Source of the DNA: a virus
Taxonomy: Duplodnaviria > Caudoviricetes
Strand: one strand, 5' to 3'
DNA length: 64,000 nucleotides
Virus record (IMG/VR): IMGVR_UViG_2585427722_000007
Span: 3,826 to 67,825 of that record
A program made the translations under genes and the position numbers. Below, one piece after another: positions 52,305-62,593 of the stretch; within the stretch, counting starts at the first letter, position 1, and each line of letters begins with the position of its first letter. The notes beneath the pieces were generated by a model. It was given only the letters and a program-made list of their open reading frames with translations, was not told the origin of the DNA and made no database searches.

Positions 52305-54623
52305 ATGAACAACATCCAGAAAGCATTCAAGGCGAAAGCACAAATGTCCGGCCTGCGTATGGCAGACGGCGGCTATTTCGATCCGTCCCTGATGCAGCCC
52401 CCATCTTCTTTATCGTCGGCCCTTCAGGGGTTGGCAAGTACTGCTACTGAGTCTATCCGCACTAATACAGGTCTTCAGGGGCAGATCGCTGCTCGTAACG
52501 TGGCATCCGCACCCACCCCCATGCAGCAACCCCAAATGCCCCAAATGCCCCAAGCCTTCGCCAACGGCGGCAATGTCCAAAACATCCAAAATATAGGCCT
52601 GCGCCAGCAAGGTACTGTCCGTGGCCCCGGTACCGGTACCAGCGACAGCGTGCCGGCCATGCTGTCGAAGGGCGAGTACGTACTGCCGGCAGACACCGTG
52701 CGCCACATCGGCAAGGAGAACCTGGACCAGCTCAAGGACGCTACGCACGCACCGGTGAACAACGGCCTGCGCGGAGGCTACGCTGACGGCGGCATGCCGG
52801 ACAGACGGACCATGCCCGCTTGGGATGCTGCCAAACAGCTGGGGCAGAGCCTTCGCGGCACCTTCCCTGACCTGCGCACGCAGGGCAAAATCAATGAGGA
52901 CAACGCTTACAGCGCAGTGCAGGGCGGGACTGCCACGCCAGCGCAGCAGTCGTTGCGCGACAACTCCCAGAAAATCCTCAATAGCCCCGGCGCGCAGACC
53001 ATGCCGTGGGATGTGATCGCCCCCGTTACCGGGCTCGGCCTGCTCGGCGCGCGTGGCGCAGGCGCTGTTGCAGACGCCGGCCCCGGTGTCGTCTCCAAGA
53101 TCGGCGGCGCGGCATCAGACATCGCCTCCGGGGTTGGTAACGCCGCGTCATCTGCGTGGAACGGTGTGCGGGGCATGTTCTCCAAAGCGCCGGCGGCAGG
53201 CGAGTCGGTAGCGGCTGGTGCCACCCCCACCGCGTCGGCGGCCGGCCCTACATTATCTGCCTCCCGGGAACTGGCGCCGTATGCGGCTCCCGCCGAAGCT
53301 GCCACGACGCCGTTGGGGGTGCGCCAGGCGACGGGGCTGGCCGCGAGGGCAGTAGGGCCGCAGTCGGTGGCCGCATCCGGCTCCCTGATGTCGCAGACGC
53401 ACGCGTCAGCGCCCGATTCTGTCCCAACCGCACCGGCAGCCGCGTCCGCTGCGACCCCGATGACCCCTCAGCAGAAGTGGCTGGTCGAGAACGGCGTGAA
53501 CATGGACTCCCAGAACTCCTTGCCGACCAGCCTGCGTGGCAACGGAGGTCCGAACCCCGGCACCGGTATCAACCTCGACTTCAGCAAGCGCTCACCTATC
53601 AGAACTGTCGAGGGCGGGCAGGCTGTGAACCTCGGCATCTTTGGCGGCAACGCCAACATCTACGGCTCCTCCTCTAAGCTCGATGGAGGCAAGATTGACA
53701 CGTTCACCGGCATAGGCACCCCCGATGGTGGCAAAGGCGACCAGTTGCAGCGTGAAATGACGGCGCAGAAGATCGCGGACATGAACCGCACCAGTGACCT
53801 GCAGCGCGAGGTGCATGGCCTGCGGATGGCGGACAACGATGCCGGCACGATGGGTTTCGGCAGCGGCGGTGGGTCACGCTATACCGGCGTAGCGGCGGTG
53901 AACGCGCGCAATGCAGCCGAGGCCAACGCGGTCAATGAACGTAACAGCCTGCGCTCCAACGACACCGCGCGCTGGCAGGGAGAACGTCAGCTCCAGCAGA
54001 ACCTGCGCCAGATGCAGTGGGACCGCAACAAGTTCGGCGTCGAGCAGGGCAATAAGGACCGTGAGTTCAACCAGAAGCAGGACGAAACCGATTTCGGGCA
54101 ACGCGACAAAGCGACGAAGGACCTCAATGATCAGCTCGGCACGATGTTCGCAGGGCCTGACGGTAAACCAGACACCGCTCGCGTAGGTGCTGCCAGTCAG
54201 GCTATCCACGACGAGCTGGGTGCGCGAATCCAGGACTTGGCAAAGGTACCTGCTGGCAGCCAGCACTATGCTGAGGCGCAAGCGACAATGAAGACTCTGG
54301 GCCGTAAGGGCATCGCCGCACTCGGGCCTGATGATCTCCGGCAATTAATGTCGCAGGCTGCGATTAAAGACCGCGTCATGCAGACACACTCCATTCTTCC
54401 CGGCGGTTCTGTCCCGGTCGATTCACGGCTGAGCGGATACGCAATCGACCCAAAGACGGCTCCTGGATCAAACATCTTCGGTAGCGACACCGTGACACTG
54501 GGCAACGGGTCAAAAGTCCGCGCCAATAACCTGCGATACACCGAACCGGCGAATGCATTCTGGCCTGATTTCAGGCATGTTAATTCCACTCAGTTTAGCG
54601 CGGGCCTGAAAGGCGAAAAATAA
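52305..54623 (+). CDS. internal virion/ejection protein
   Basis: MADGG/FANGG/YADGG motifs and GPGTGTSDSVPAMLSKGEYV. Confidence 0.75.
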   Translation: MNNIQKAFKAKAQMSGLRMADGGYFDPSLMQPPSSLSSALQGLASTATESIRTNTGLQGQIAARNVASAPTPMQQPQMPQMPQAFANGGNVQNIQNIGLRQQGTVRGPGTGTSDSVPAMLSKGEYVLPADTVRHIGKENLDQLKDATHAPVNNGLRGGYADGGMPDRRTMPAWDAAKQLGQSLRGTFPDLRTQGKINEDNAYSAVQGGTATPAQQSLRDNSQKILNSPGAQTMPWDVIAPVTGLGLLGARGAGAVADAGPGVVSKIGGAASDIASGVGNAASSAWNGVRGMFSKAPAAGESVAAGATPTASAAGPTLSASRELAPYAAPAEAATTPLGVRQATGLAARAVGPQSVAASGSLMSQTHASAPDSVPTAPAAASAATPMTPQQKWLVENGVNMDSQNSLPTSLRGNGGPNPGTGINLDFSKRSPIRTVEGGQAVNLGIFGGNANIYGSSSKLDGGKIDTFTGIGTPDGGKGDQLQREMTAQKIADMNRTSDLQREVHGLRMADNDAGTMGFGSGGGSRYTGVAAVNARNAAEANAVNERNSLRSNDTARWQGERQLQQNLRQMQWDRNKFGVEQGNKDREFNQKQDETDFGQRDKATKDLNDQLGTMFAGPDGKPDTARVGAASQAIHDELGARIQDLAKVPAGSQHYAEAQATMKTLGRKGIAALGPDDLRQLMSQAAIKDRVMQTHSILPGGSVPVDSRLSGYAIDPKTAPGSNIFGSDTVTLGNGSKVRANNLRYTEPANAFWPDFRHVNSTQFSAGLKGEK

Positions 54624-57600
54624 TGGGCGTACTTGACAGAATCAGCGAACTGACTGCGGACAACACCCCTGACACGGGCGTTCTACCGAGAGATACCCCG
54701 TCCGCTTTCTCCAAAGGTCTGCGCGGCGGCATGGAAGACGTTGCAGGCCAGACCCACGCTCTGCTCGGGCAGGGTGGTGAGCTGGTCGGGGCAAATGACT
54801 TCGCCACGGAACAGCGCGCCAAGTCGCTCCTCAACCAGCAGGAGGCCGAGCGTCTGACCGCCGACACCCCCACTTGGGAAAAAGTACGTACCTTGAAAGA
54901 TGGCTGGGACTACGGCACCGGCCTGCTGGGGCGCTCGCTGCCAGGGCTGGCTACTGGTATCGCCGGGGCCACGCTGATGCCCGGCAAGGGTGCGCTGGCC
55001 GGTATTGCCGGCATGACTGCTGCCACCGCACCGTCCACCATCGGCGCGCAGTTCGAAGCGCAGCAGAACGATCCGGCGCAGGCCAAGCGGGACGTGATGA
55101 CGCGCACGCTGACCGGCGTCGGCGCGGGTACCGCAGAAGCGGCGGCGATGTCCGTGGTGCCACAGGTAGTCGGCGGCAAGCTATTCGGTAAGGCCGCTAC
55201 CGGCGCTGTGGAGAAGGCGGCGATGCCGTTCAGCAAGGCCGTGATGGACAACGTCCCAGAGGCGGTACTCGGCAATGCCGCCGCCGGCAACGTGTCGGCA
55301 CGCATCGGTCAGGCTGCAGCCAGCCACCTGAACCCCGATCGTGACATGTCACACGACACCGCAGAGCAGAACGACGCGATGATCAGCGGCGCCGTAATGG
55401 GTGCGCCGTTCGCGGTCGCCGGCATCGCCGGCAGCATGCGTGGTAAGAAGGCTGGCGGTCCGGCTTCAGAGCCGCTGCCAAAAGGCACAGATGCCGAGAA
55501 GGCCAACGGTGTGTCGATCGACGCAGCGCCGAAATCGTTCGCCGACAAGGTGGCTGATCTCGGCACACCGCTACGCTCCGAGCCGACGACCGGTGAGGAG
55601 CATGTTCAGGCTCGTGGCGGGATCGTCGAGGGGGACACCCCGGATACGGCCGCCGTCAAGGACGCACAGGGTGGTGCCGAGGCTGCCGCCAAAGCACAGC
55701 GCACCATGCAGAAGCTGGCGGAAGACCCTACCGCCTCCCGGTTCCAGGACGAACTGAGCAAGATCGACCCGACTACCAGTGCCGGCCAGATGCGCGTGAG
55801 CGATATCAATGCGCAACACTTCGAGGCGCGGCAGACAGCGAAAAGTGTGGCAGATGCGAACGCTGCGCTCGACGCACTCAGAGCGGAAGACACAGCGGGC
55901 GCCAGCTTCTCGAAAGACGCCTCCGGTGCCGATGCCGGCATTTACGAGCTGATGGATTCACCTGAGTGGAACTACCTTGACGACGACACCAAGCAAAATG
56001 CTGTCACGATGACGCGCAGGCTGATTGTTGCCGGCGAGCAGGGCAGTGAACTGCCGGCCACCGCGATGCGCGCGACCATCGACGTGCTGGGCAAGGACAC
56101 CGTATCGCGCCTGTCCAAAATCTACGATGCGATGGGTTCGAAGGACCCGGCCAAGATCGAGTCGTTCTACAAGGCGCTGACCAAGATTTCCGAGGTCCAG
56201 AAGCACGACGATAGTCTGTTGACGGTGGTGCGCAACGCGCTGCCTGAACACATGATCGATACCGTGCGCACGCCGCAGATCAAGGAGTTCGTAAAGCAGA
56301 TGCAGGACCTGACCGGCGAGCGCATGTTCAAGGATATGACGCCGGCCGAGCAGGCGGTCAAGAAAGGGCAGATCAACGCCAAGCTGACCGAAGTGTTCGG
56401 CGACAAGGCCGATGCAGTCAACGAGGCATTCGCCAAGCATGCACAAGGTGAGGCCGATCTGGTCGGCACCACGCCGCCGGACCGGACTGACGCAGCTAAA
56501 GCCAACGCGTGGGAGAACACCGACGAAAACGAGTTCTCATACCGCAGAGAAGAAGCCAACCCACTTGAAACAGCGCAGGGCACTGAGACCGCATACTATG
56601 GTGGCGGAAAGAAAGGCGACACCTATATCGAGCACCGGGACGTTGCGCGCGCCAAGTACGGTAATGCGGAGACTATGTATGAGAGGCTGATGCGGCAGGC
56701 GCAGGAGGAACACCCTACAGCCGACGTATCGTGGGTCAGCGCCAAGGAACACGCGAAGCGCACTGGTATCCTTCCCGAACAGCTAAACGAGATGACCAAA
56801 GGCCGTCCCGATGAGCACGGTATGATCGCCGTCGAGAAGATGGCCGACCGCGAAGCATTCGGGTGGAAGGATATAGACGCAATGCGCCTTAGCGGCAAGG
56901 ACAAGAACGGCAAGAAGAAATCATCGCATTACGAATCCAGCAGCCGGATCGATACCGGTACCGATGCGCACCCCGGGCCGATTCTCGACGCCATGCGGGT
57001 CGCTTCGCACATGATGAAGAAACTACCCAAGTCGGATGTCGATGAGCAGGGCGGTATGCATCAGTTGGCGCGCGCGTTCAAGGAAGGTATCGCTGCAGTG
57101 TCGGACCACATGTCAGAGCTGCTGCACGTACCGGACGAGACAGTGGTGGCGCGGCGCGGTGGCAAGGACATTACCTGGGGCGAGTTGCAGAAAGTCCAGA
57201 ACGACACCGTGAAGGAAGACTTCACCGGCTCCGACAGCACTACCAGCGAAATGCGCGCTAAGGTTTCCGATTTCGCCCTACGTGTAGAGAAATCCGAGAA
57301 AGCCATCGCCGCTTTAAAATCGATAGCTAAAAAGCGTGAACTGTCCGAGTCGCAGCAGAAGTCGCTTGAATACCATGAGCGCCAAATCAAGTTCTATTCC
57401 GAAGAGGTGATTCCGAACCTGGAGTCGGCTATCGAGAAGCGCGGCGATCGTGCGGCGTTCGCCGAGGGTAAGGAGCTTGGCAACGACTACGGAACCGGAC
57501 GTGACTCCGGTGCTGGCATCAACTTGGCTAAGGAGCGGTCGCGTGTAGCCCAGCGCGACGAGCTGCGATACGGCACCCTGCTCGATAAGTTGGGTGGCAA

Positions 57601-60600
57601 GAAGGCCGGTTCGCCGCAGGAGGGCGCGATCTGGGCCAAGGAAGCGCAGCAGGTCGCTGGTGCTCTGAAGCGCATCGAGACCAATGTGAAGTCTGGTACC
57701 GATAAGGCCACTTCCCGTGTCGAGTACCGCAAGCTGCTCGACTATAAGAAAGCCATCGACGCCAAGGACTACACCGAAGTGCAGCGGCTGCGCGTTGAGG
57801 CGGCATCCGACGCCCATACATCTGAGGGGGAGGCTGGCGAGATCGACGCCGCCTCGCGCGACGCGCAACCCCTCGGTATCTCCGAGGCTGACCCAGAAGG
57901 GCAGATTCATTTAGCTGATGCCGAGCATGGCGACGCACTAGGTACGATCACCGCCAAGATGAAGAACGCACGCGGCGAGCAGACCGGCTCTCTGACCGGT
58001 GGCAAGAGCATCGTGCCCAAAGGCAGCCTGAACGAGGGCACGGTGACACCACAGGGTGTGCGCAGTCTGGGCAACCGTATCTCGGAGTTTGAGGCGAACA
58101 AGTCCGTGGCTGGACGCGCGATCGGTACCAAGGCGCGCATGCTGCTGGACAACTTCAAGCTGCTGGCGCCGGAAGACCAGGTGCAGCTGGTGAAGATCGC
58201 CCGGTTCGATAAGCCTTCTGCAGTCGGCGGTACCATCGACGGACTGATGAGCAAGTACCGCAGCAAGATCGAGGCCGGGGCGGCGCGCGGCGCCTGGGCC
58301 GACACCGTGGCCAACGAAGGTGGTGCGCAACATGCGGCGACGCTGGCACAGATCGCCCGGCGCTCCGACCCGAACGGACTACAGGCCATGCTGGACGTGT
58401 TGCTCGCCGACAAAAAGCCGAACGAGTTCAAGCGGGGCCTGATCGACGCTGCTAATAAACGCATCGCCGAGCTGGTCGAGAAAGACCCATCCGAGGCGTA
58501 TGGGCTGCTGATCAAAGGAAATGAGAAGCCGGAGGCAGTGGAGGCGAACTACCCGGCCCTGAACAAGACCGCGGAAAAAACACTGGACTACCTGAATAAC
58601 CCGCCGAAAGACTACACCACAGAAAAAGCGAAGCAGGCACACGAGTGGGCACAGCGTTGGCTGGAGCGCGCGCCCCAAGATCAGGACGCGGCTGAAGATT
58701 TTCGGTACACGCTAAAAGCGGTGAAGAAGGCAGCGGAAAAAGCACTAGCCGGCGACGCCTGGCTGAAGGAAGCCGAGGGTGGCGCGCTGTCCCGCGAAGC
58801 CACCGACAAGGCCAAGGGCTCTACCCCCGAGCAGCAGAAAGCTGCGGTCGATGCCGTGACCAGGATGGTCGGGGAGAACGTCGAGATCAACGCGGCTGCC
58901 GACATGCTGTATGCCGGCGCATTTCATGAAAAGACCGATTTGCATGGGCCGATTATCAATATTTCGCGCTGGGCGCTGGACCCGCTCTCGGTCGGATACC
59001 ACGAGTCGCTGCACTGGCTGGCCGACAGCCTGCGCCAGCACGGCAGACCGGAAGTGATGGCGGCGTTGACGAAGGCAGCGGACTCAGCATACGTGCGCAA
59101 CTTCCTGCGCGAGAAGTTTAAGGATCAGCCCGAAGCGCTGAAACAGGTGGAGGGCAGCTCCGAGGAGCGCGTCGCCTACATGTTTCAGTTCCACGCCAAC
59201 GGCATGCTGAAGCTGGGCGACCGCGGCAAGACAATCCTGGACAAGGTCGGCGACCTGATCCGGAAAGTGTTGGGGGTCTGGAGCAACGACAGGCGCGCGA
59301 TGCACATCATGGACTACTTCGCCTCCGGCGAATACGCCAAGGGCGTCGGCGAGGGTGCCAGCGATCGCGGCCACATCTACAAACACATGATGGAGCAGGG
59401 CAGGAACAAGACACTGGACTACCTGCACGCGTCGGCCAAGCCGCTGATTAACCTGATGGATGCGGTGGCCGGCATCGGCTCGGCGCGGATTCAGGACATG
59501 GGCATCCCGGCGCTGTCCAAGATCGCCGACATGGTGCGCCTGCACGGCACTAAAGAGGGAGAAGATGCAGGCTTCCTGCCGGCGGCCGGTACGGCGATGC
59601 GCTCGATCAGTAACAAACTGGTGAACAGGATGTCTGAGAAGGGGGCATTCACCTTTGAGGAGGCCAACGAGGCCTTTGCCAACATCGCCCTGGGCACTGC
59701 CCCGAAGAACGCCAAGATCGACCACCTCATGGTCAGCATCCGCGGCATGCTCGACGAGATGCATGGATACATGAAGGACGCCGGGGTGAACGTCGGCGAC
59801 CGTGGCCTGGGCAAGAACTACCTGCCACGCCAGTGGGACTCCGGCTATGTCGCTGGCCATCAGGCCGAGTTCAGGGCGATGATCCAGAAATACGTCGACT
59901 CCGGCGAGTTCAAGGGTACTGCCGACCAGCTGATGTCGCGCCTGATGCGTGATGACGGCTCGGAGCTGGAGTCAGCCGACGCCAGCGCGCGCCCGGGCGA
60001 TCAGTTCACCAAGAAGCGCGATCTGCATTTCATCACGAACGAAGACGCCGCGCCGTTCATGGAGAAGAACGCGATGCGCGTGCTGACCAGCTACATCAAG
60101 CAGGGCACCCGTCGTGCCGAATGGTCGCGCCGGTTCGAGGCCATGACCGTGGATGAGATGAAGCGGTATGAGGTAATGAGCTCGGCAGAGAAACGCGAGT
60201 TCGAGGCGACACGGCAGACCCCGATGGAGAAGATGCGTGAGGCCGCCATCAAGCAGGGCGCGGCGCCCGACCAGATGGCTGTCGTTGACAAGTACCTGGA
60301 GGGCGTAACCGGCCAGCTCGGCTCGGACGTGCAGCCGGAGACGCGCAAGCTGTTCGGACAGATCATGGTGTATCAGAACCTGCGCCTGCTGCCGATGGGT
60401 TTCTTCTCATCCCTGATCGATCCGGTCGGCGTAGCGGTGCGGGGCGGTAGCGCCAAGGACGTGTTCAACAACTTCAAGCGCGGCATTATGGAGATTCCGC
60501 GCGGGTTCAAACACAACCCGAAGTACGATGAAGGCTATCACCTGGCTGAAGATATGGGGGTGATCGACAACGCGGTGCTGCAGCATGTCATGGGTGCTTC

Positions 60601-61495
60601 GTACGGGCTGAACGCGGTCGGCAACAAGGCGCGCGCCATCAACGAGACGCTGTTCAAATGGAACCTGATGGAGCAGATGAACACCAGCCAACGTGTGGCG
60701 GCCACAGAGGCATCGATGGGGTTCCTGAAGAAGCACGGTAAGGGCGACTTCAACGAACACTCGATGCGCTATCTGGCCGAGCTGGGCCTGAAGCCTGCCG
60801 ACATCAAGCTAGTCGATGGCCGGGTCGCGGTGCGGGCCGAGGACTTCGTTAAGGCCGGGTTCAAGGCAGAGGCTGCTGAAGCCGCCCATCTGAAGATGCG
60901 CCAGGCCGTGAACACCTGGGTTGACGGCGCGGTCCTGCGGCCGGACCAGTCGCAAAAAGCGATCTGGATGAACGACGCGCACTACTCGCTAATCGCCCAC
61001 ATGAAGCAGTTCGCGTTCTCGTTCCAGGACACGATCCTGAAGCGGGTCCTGAACGAGGCCAGACACGGCAACTACTCGCCGGCAGTGGCGATGGCCGGAT
61101 ACATCCCGGTCATGTTGGCAGCCGATCTGACCAAGGGTATGATTCAGGGCGGCGGTTCACAGCCTGCCTGGAAACAGGACTGGGACTTGGGGGACTATCT
61201 GTCATCGGCAGGGCAGCGTGCTGGATTGCTCGGCGTGGCCCAGTACGGGGTGGACGCCTTCACCTCCCTGCATCATGGCGGCACCGGGATCGGTTCATTG
61301 GGTGGGCCGACTATCGGTCAGCTGGGGGATATCGTCAGTACCGTTGGCGGCAGCCGGGGGTTTGCGGCGACGGCGATCGGTTCCATGCCGGCCAACGCGT
61401 TGTGGAGTGGCTACCTGTCAAACGACATCACGCACAGCGGTGGAAAGGCCGGGAGCGGCACGGTTGAGGCCCCGTTTGAGCCTATCGCTGAATAA
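54623..61495 (+). CDS. giant internal virion (ejection) protein, 2290 aa, with zincin-like motif
   Basis: Last gene of the late arm; Gly/Ala hydrophobic N-terminal region, YHESLH...EERVA and NYLPRQW motifs. Confidence 0.8.
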   Translation: MGVLDRISELTADNTPDTGVLPRDTPSAFSKGLRGGMEDVAGQTHALLGQGGELVGANDFATEQRAKSLLNQQEAERLTADTPTWEKVRTLKDGWDYGTGLLGRSLPGLATGIAGATLMPGKGALAGIAGMTAATAPSTIGAQFEAQQNDPAQAKRDVMTRTLTGVGAGTAEAAAMSVVPQVVGGKLFGKAATGAVEKAAMPFSKAVMDNVPEAVLGNAAAGNVSARIGQAAASHLNPDRDMSHDTAEQNDAMISGAVMGAPFAVAGIAGSMRGKKAGGPASEPLPKGTDAEKANGVSIDAAPKSFADKVADLGTPLRSEPTTGEEHVQARGGIVEGDTPDTAAVKDAQGGAEAAAKAQRTMQKLAEDPTASRFQDELSKIDPTTSAGQMRVSDINAQHFEARQTAKSVADANAALDALRAEDTAGASFSKDASGADAGIYELMDSPEWNYLDDDTKQNAVTMTRRLIVAGEQGSELPATAMRATIDVLGKDTVSRLSKIYDAMGSKDPAKIESFYKALTKISEVQKHDDSLLTVVRNALPEHMIDTVRTPQIKEFVKQMQDLTGERMFKDMTPAEQAVKKGQINAKLTEVFGDKADAVNEAFAKHAQGEADLVGTTPPDRTDAAKANAWENTDENEFSYRREEANPLETAQGTETAYYGGGKKGDTYIEHRDVARAKYGNAETMYERLMRQAQEEHPTADVSWVSAKEHAKRTGILPEQLNEMTKGRPDEHGMIAVEKMADREAFGWKDIDAMRLSGKDKNGKKKSSHYESSSRIDTGTDAHPGPILDAMRVASHMMKKLPKSDVDEQGGMHQLARAFKEGIAAVSDHMSELLHVPDETVVARRGGKDITWGELQKVQNDTVKEDFTGSDSTTSEMRAKVSDFALRVEKSEKAIAALKSIAKKRELSESQQKSLEYHERQIKFYSEEVIPNLESAIEKRGDRAAFAEGKELGNDYGTGRDSGAGINLAKERSRVAQRDELRYGTLLDKLGGKKAGSPQEGAIWAKEAQQVAGALKRIETNVKSGTDKATSRVEYRKLLDYKKAIDAKDYTEVQRLRVEAASDAHTSEGEAGEIDAASRDAQPLGISEADPEGQIHLADAEHGDALGTITAKMKNARGEQTGSLTGGKSIVPKGSLNEGTVTPQGVRSLGNRISEFEANKSVAGRAIGTKARMLLDNFKLLAPEDQVQLVKIARFDKPSAVGGTIDGLMSKYRSKIEAGAARGAWADTVANEGGAQHAATLAQIARRSDPNGLQAMLDVLLADKKPNEFKRGLIDAANKRIAELVEKDPSEAYGLLIKGNEKPEAVEANYPALNKTAEKTLDYLNNPPKDYTTEKAKQAHEWAQRWLERAPQDQDAAEDFRYTLKAVKKAAEKALAGDAWLKEAEGGALSREATDKAKGSTPEQQKAAVDAVTRMVGENVEINAAADMLYAGAFHEKTDLHGPIINISRWALDPLSVGYHESLHWLADSLRQHGRPEVMAALTKAADSAYVRNFLREKFKDQPEALKQVEGSSEERVAYMFQFHANGMLKLGDRGKTILDKVGDLIRKVLGVWSNDRRAMHIMDYFASGEYAKGVGEGASDRGHIYKHMMEQGRNKTLDYLHASAKPLINLMDAVAGIGSARIQDMGIPALSKIADMVRLHGTKEGEDAGFLPAAGTAMRSISNKLVNRMSEKGAFTFEEANEAFANIALGTAPKNAKIDHLMVSIRGMLDEMHGYMKDAGVNVGDRGLGKNYLPRQWDSGYVAGHQAEFRAMIQKYVDSGEFKGTADQLMSRLMRDDGSELESADASARPGDQFTKKRDLHFITNEDAAPFMEKNAMRVLTSYIKQGTRRAEWSRRFEAMTVDEMKRYEVMSSAEKREFEATRQTPMEKMREAAIKQGAAPDQMAVVDKYLEGVTGQLGSDVQPETRKLFGQIMVYQNLRLLPMGFFSSLIDPVGVAVRGGSAKDVFNNFKRGIMEIPRGFKHNPKYDEGYHLAEDMGVIDNAVLQHVMGASYGLNAVGNKARAINETLFKWNLMEQMNTSQRVAATEASMGFLKKHGKGDFNEHSMRYLAELGLKPADIKLVDGRVAVRAEDFVKAGFKAEAAEAAHLKMRQAVNTWVDGAVLRPDQSQKAIWMNDAHYSLIAHMKQFAFSFQDTILKRVLNEARHGNYSPAVAMAGYIPVMLAADLTKGMIQGGGSQPAWKQDWDLGDYLSSAGQRAGLLGVAQYGVDAFTSLHHGGTGIGSLGGPTIGQLGDIVSTVGGSRGFAATAIGSMPANALWSGYLSNDITHSGGKAGSGTVEAPFEPIAE

Positions 61496-61497
61496 TC

Positions 61498-61662
61498 GGA
61501 ACTCTGGAACGAGGATTTGATGCTAAGTCCTTGTTTCTATTACTTGTTCTACTGTTCTGTTCTTTTCTTATAATCTAGTCTAAAAACTAAGAAAAATAAT
61601 AGAACATAGTGTAAACAGTATATAAAGGGAGGGATGTGTTTCGGAGCAGAACAGTGGAACAT
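61498..61662. promoter_or_regulatory. ori-like AT-rich element with GAACA/TGTTC repeats (copy B)
   Basis: ttgttctactgttctgttc (61544-61562) versus ttgttctattgttctgttc (21168-21186); same layout as copy A. Confidence 0.55.
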
Positions 61663-61753
61663 CGCTGGCGGCTGGACACAAGGTATAGGTGACATAGTTC
61701 GGGGCTTTACGCTGCGACTAAAATAGCCGTCCAAAGGATGTCATGTATGTAAG

Positions 61754-61789
61754 AAGGGAGGCCACCGTGAGGGAGCCTCCTTTTGTTTT
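61754..61789. terminator. probable terminator between the converging arms
   Basis: ggaggc...gcctcc hairpin followed by ttttgtttt. Confidence 0.6.
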
Positions 61790-61991
61790 ATGCTGCCGGG
61801 ACGAACTTCTGCACGTAGTAGCCGTCAGCCACGAGGCGTGACCATGGCCGGTTCTCCATTCTCAGAAAGGTAGCGCGGCAGCCATGCGGCGTGCCGTTGA
61901 TCGTCGGGTGCCACTCCTGGCCGAGCCGGTCGACGATCATCCAGATGCCCTTGGCGTGCCAGTCGAAGTCAGGGTGTTTTGAGTTGGTCAT
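61788..61991 (-). CDS. hypothetical protein
   Basis: 67-aa ORF with GGAGG RBS. Confidence 0.65.
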   Translation of the reverse strand: MTNSKHPDFDWHAKGIWMIVDRLGQEWHPTINGTPHGCRATFLRMENRPWSRLVADGYYVQKFVPAA

Positions 61992-62593
61992 TCCTCCATC
62001 GAATCGAGTATTGATTGCGGCGGGATGGCGCGGATAGAACTGCCAACAGACCGCGCGAATGTGTGCGGGTGGTCTATTTCGCAGACCTTCGCTGCCGCCT
62101 CAAGCGCAGCCTGCGCGATGGCTAGGGCGTTGGCTGGCGCTGATGTCGAATTCTCATAGAGCGGAATCGGGCCAAGATACTCATTAGATGAGAACTCTTG
62201 ATAGGGCGGCTTGGACTTCAACACTGCGTCCTCTGCCCATTCTTTTTGAGAATACAGCCAACTACCGAACTTGCCAGTAGCTTTGTTCTTTATGCCATAC
62301 CCAGCAAGCTCCCGCCCACCCGCCTGCGCTGCGATCTGCGCTGCCATGTCGTCCATCTCGTCCGCCTGCCTTATCAGGTCCTGCCTAGCCCATTCAAGGC
62401 GCTCTGCCAGTTCCGCATTCCGCTCCTTGCAGGCAACAAACTCTTCTAGCCATGAGGCCAGTTGAAGGTGTTGATAGGGGCAGTCAGTCTCAGACGATGC
62501 GGCGACTTCTCTTGCATGAACGATCGCGGCCTCAATACTCAACCGTTCACAACTGCACACATGTGTTTCGATTATAGGTAGCCTGATCGTCAT
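61988..62593 (-). CDS. hypothetical mosaic phage protein
   Basis: 201 aa with AI.HA.EVA...H.QLA.WLEE and ALEAAAKVCE motifs. Confidence 0.7.
   Translation of the reverse strand: MTIRLPIIETHVCSCERLSIEAAIVHAREVAASSETDCPYQHLQLASWLEEFVACKERNAELAERLEWARQDLIRQADEMDDMAAQIAAQAGGRELAGYGIKNKATGKFGSWLYSQKEWAEDAVLKSKPPYQEFSSNEYLGPIPLYENSTSAPANALAIAQAALEAAAKVCEIDHPHTFARSVGSSIRAIPPQSILDSMEE

Noticed and set aside
54623-61495. N4-like virion RNA polymerase
   Set aside because: Despite the N4-gp56-like MCP, the protein is much shorter than N4 vRNAP, no T7-type polymerase motifs were recognised, and no N4 RNAP II genes were seen.
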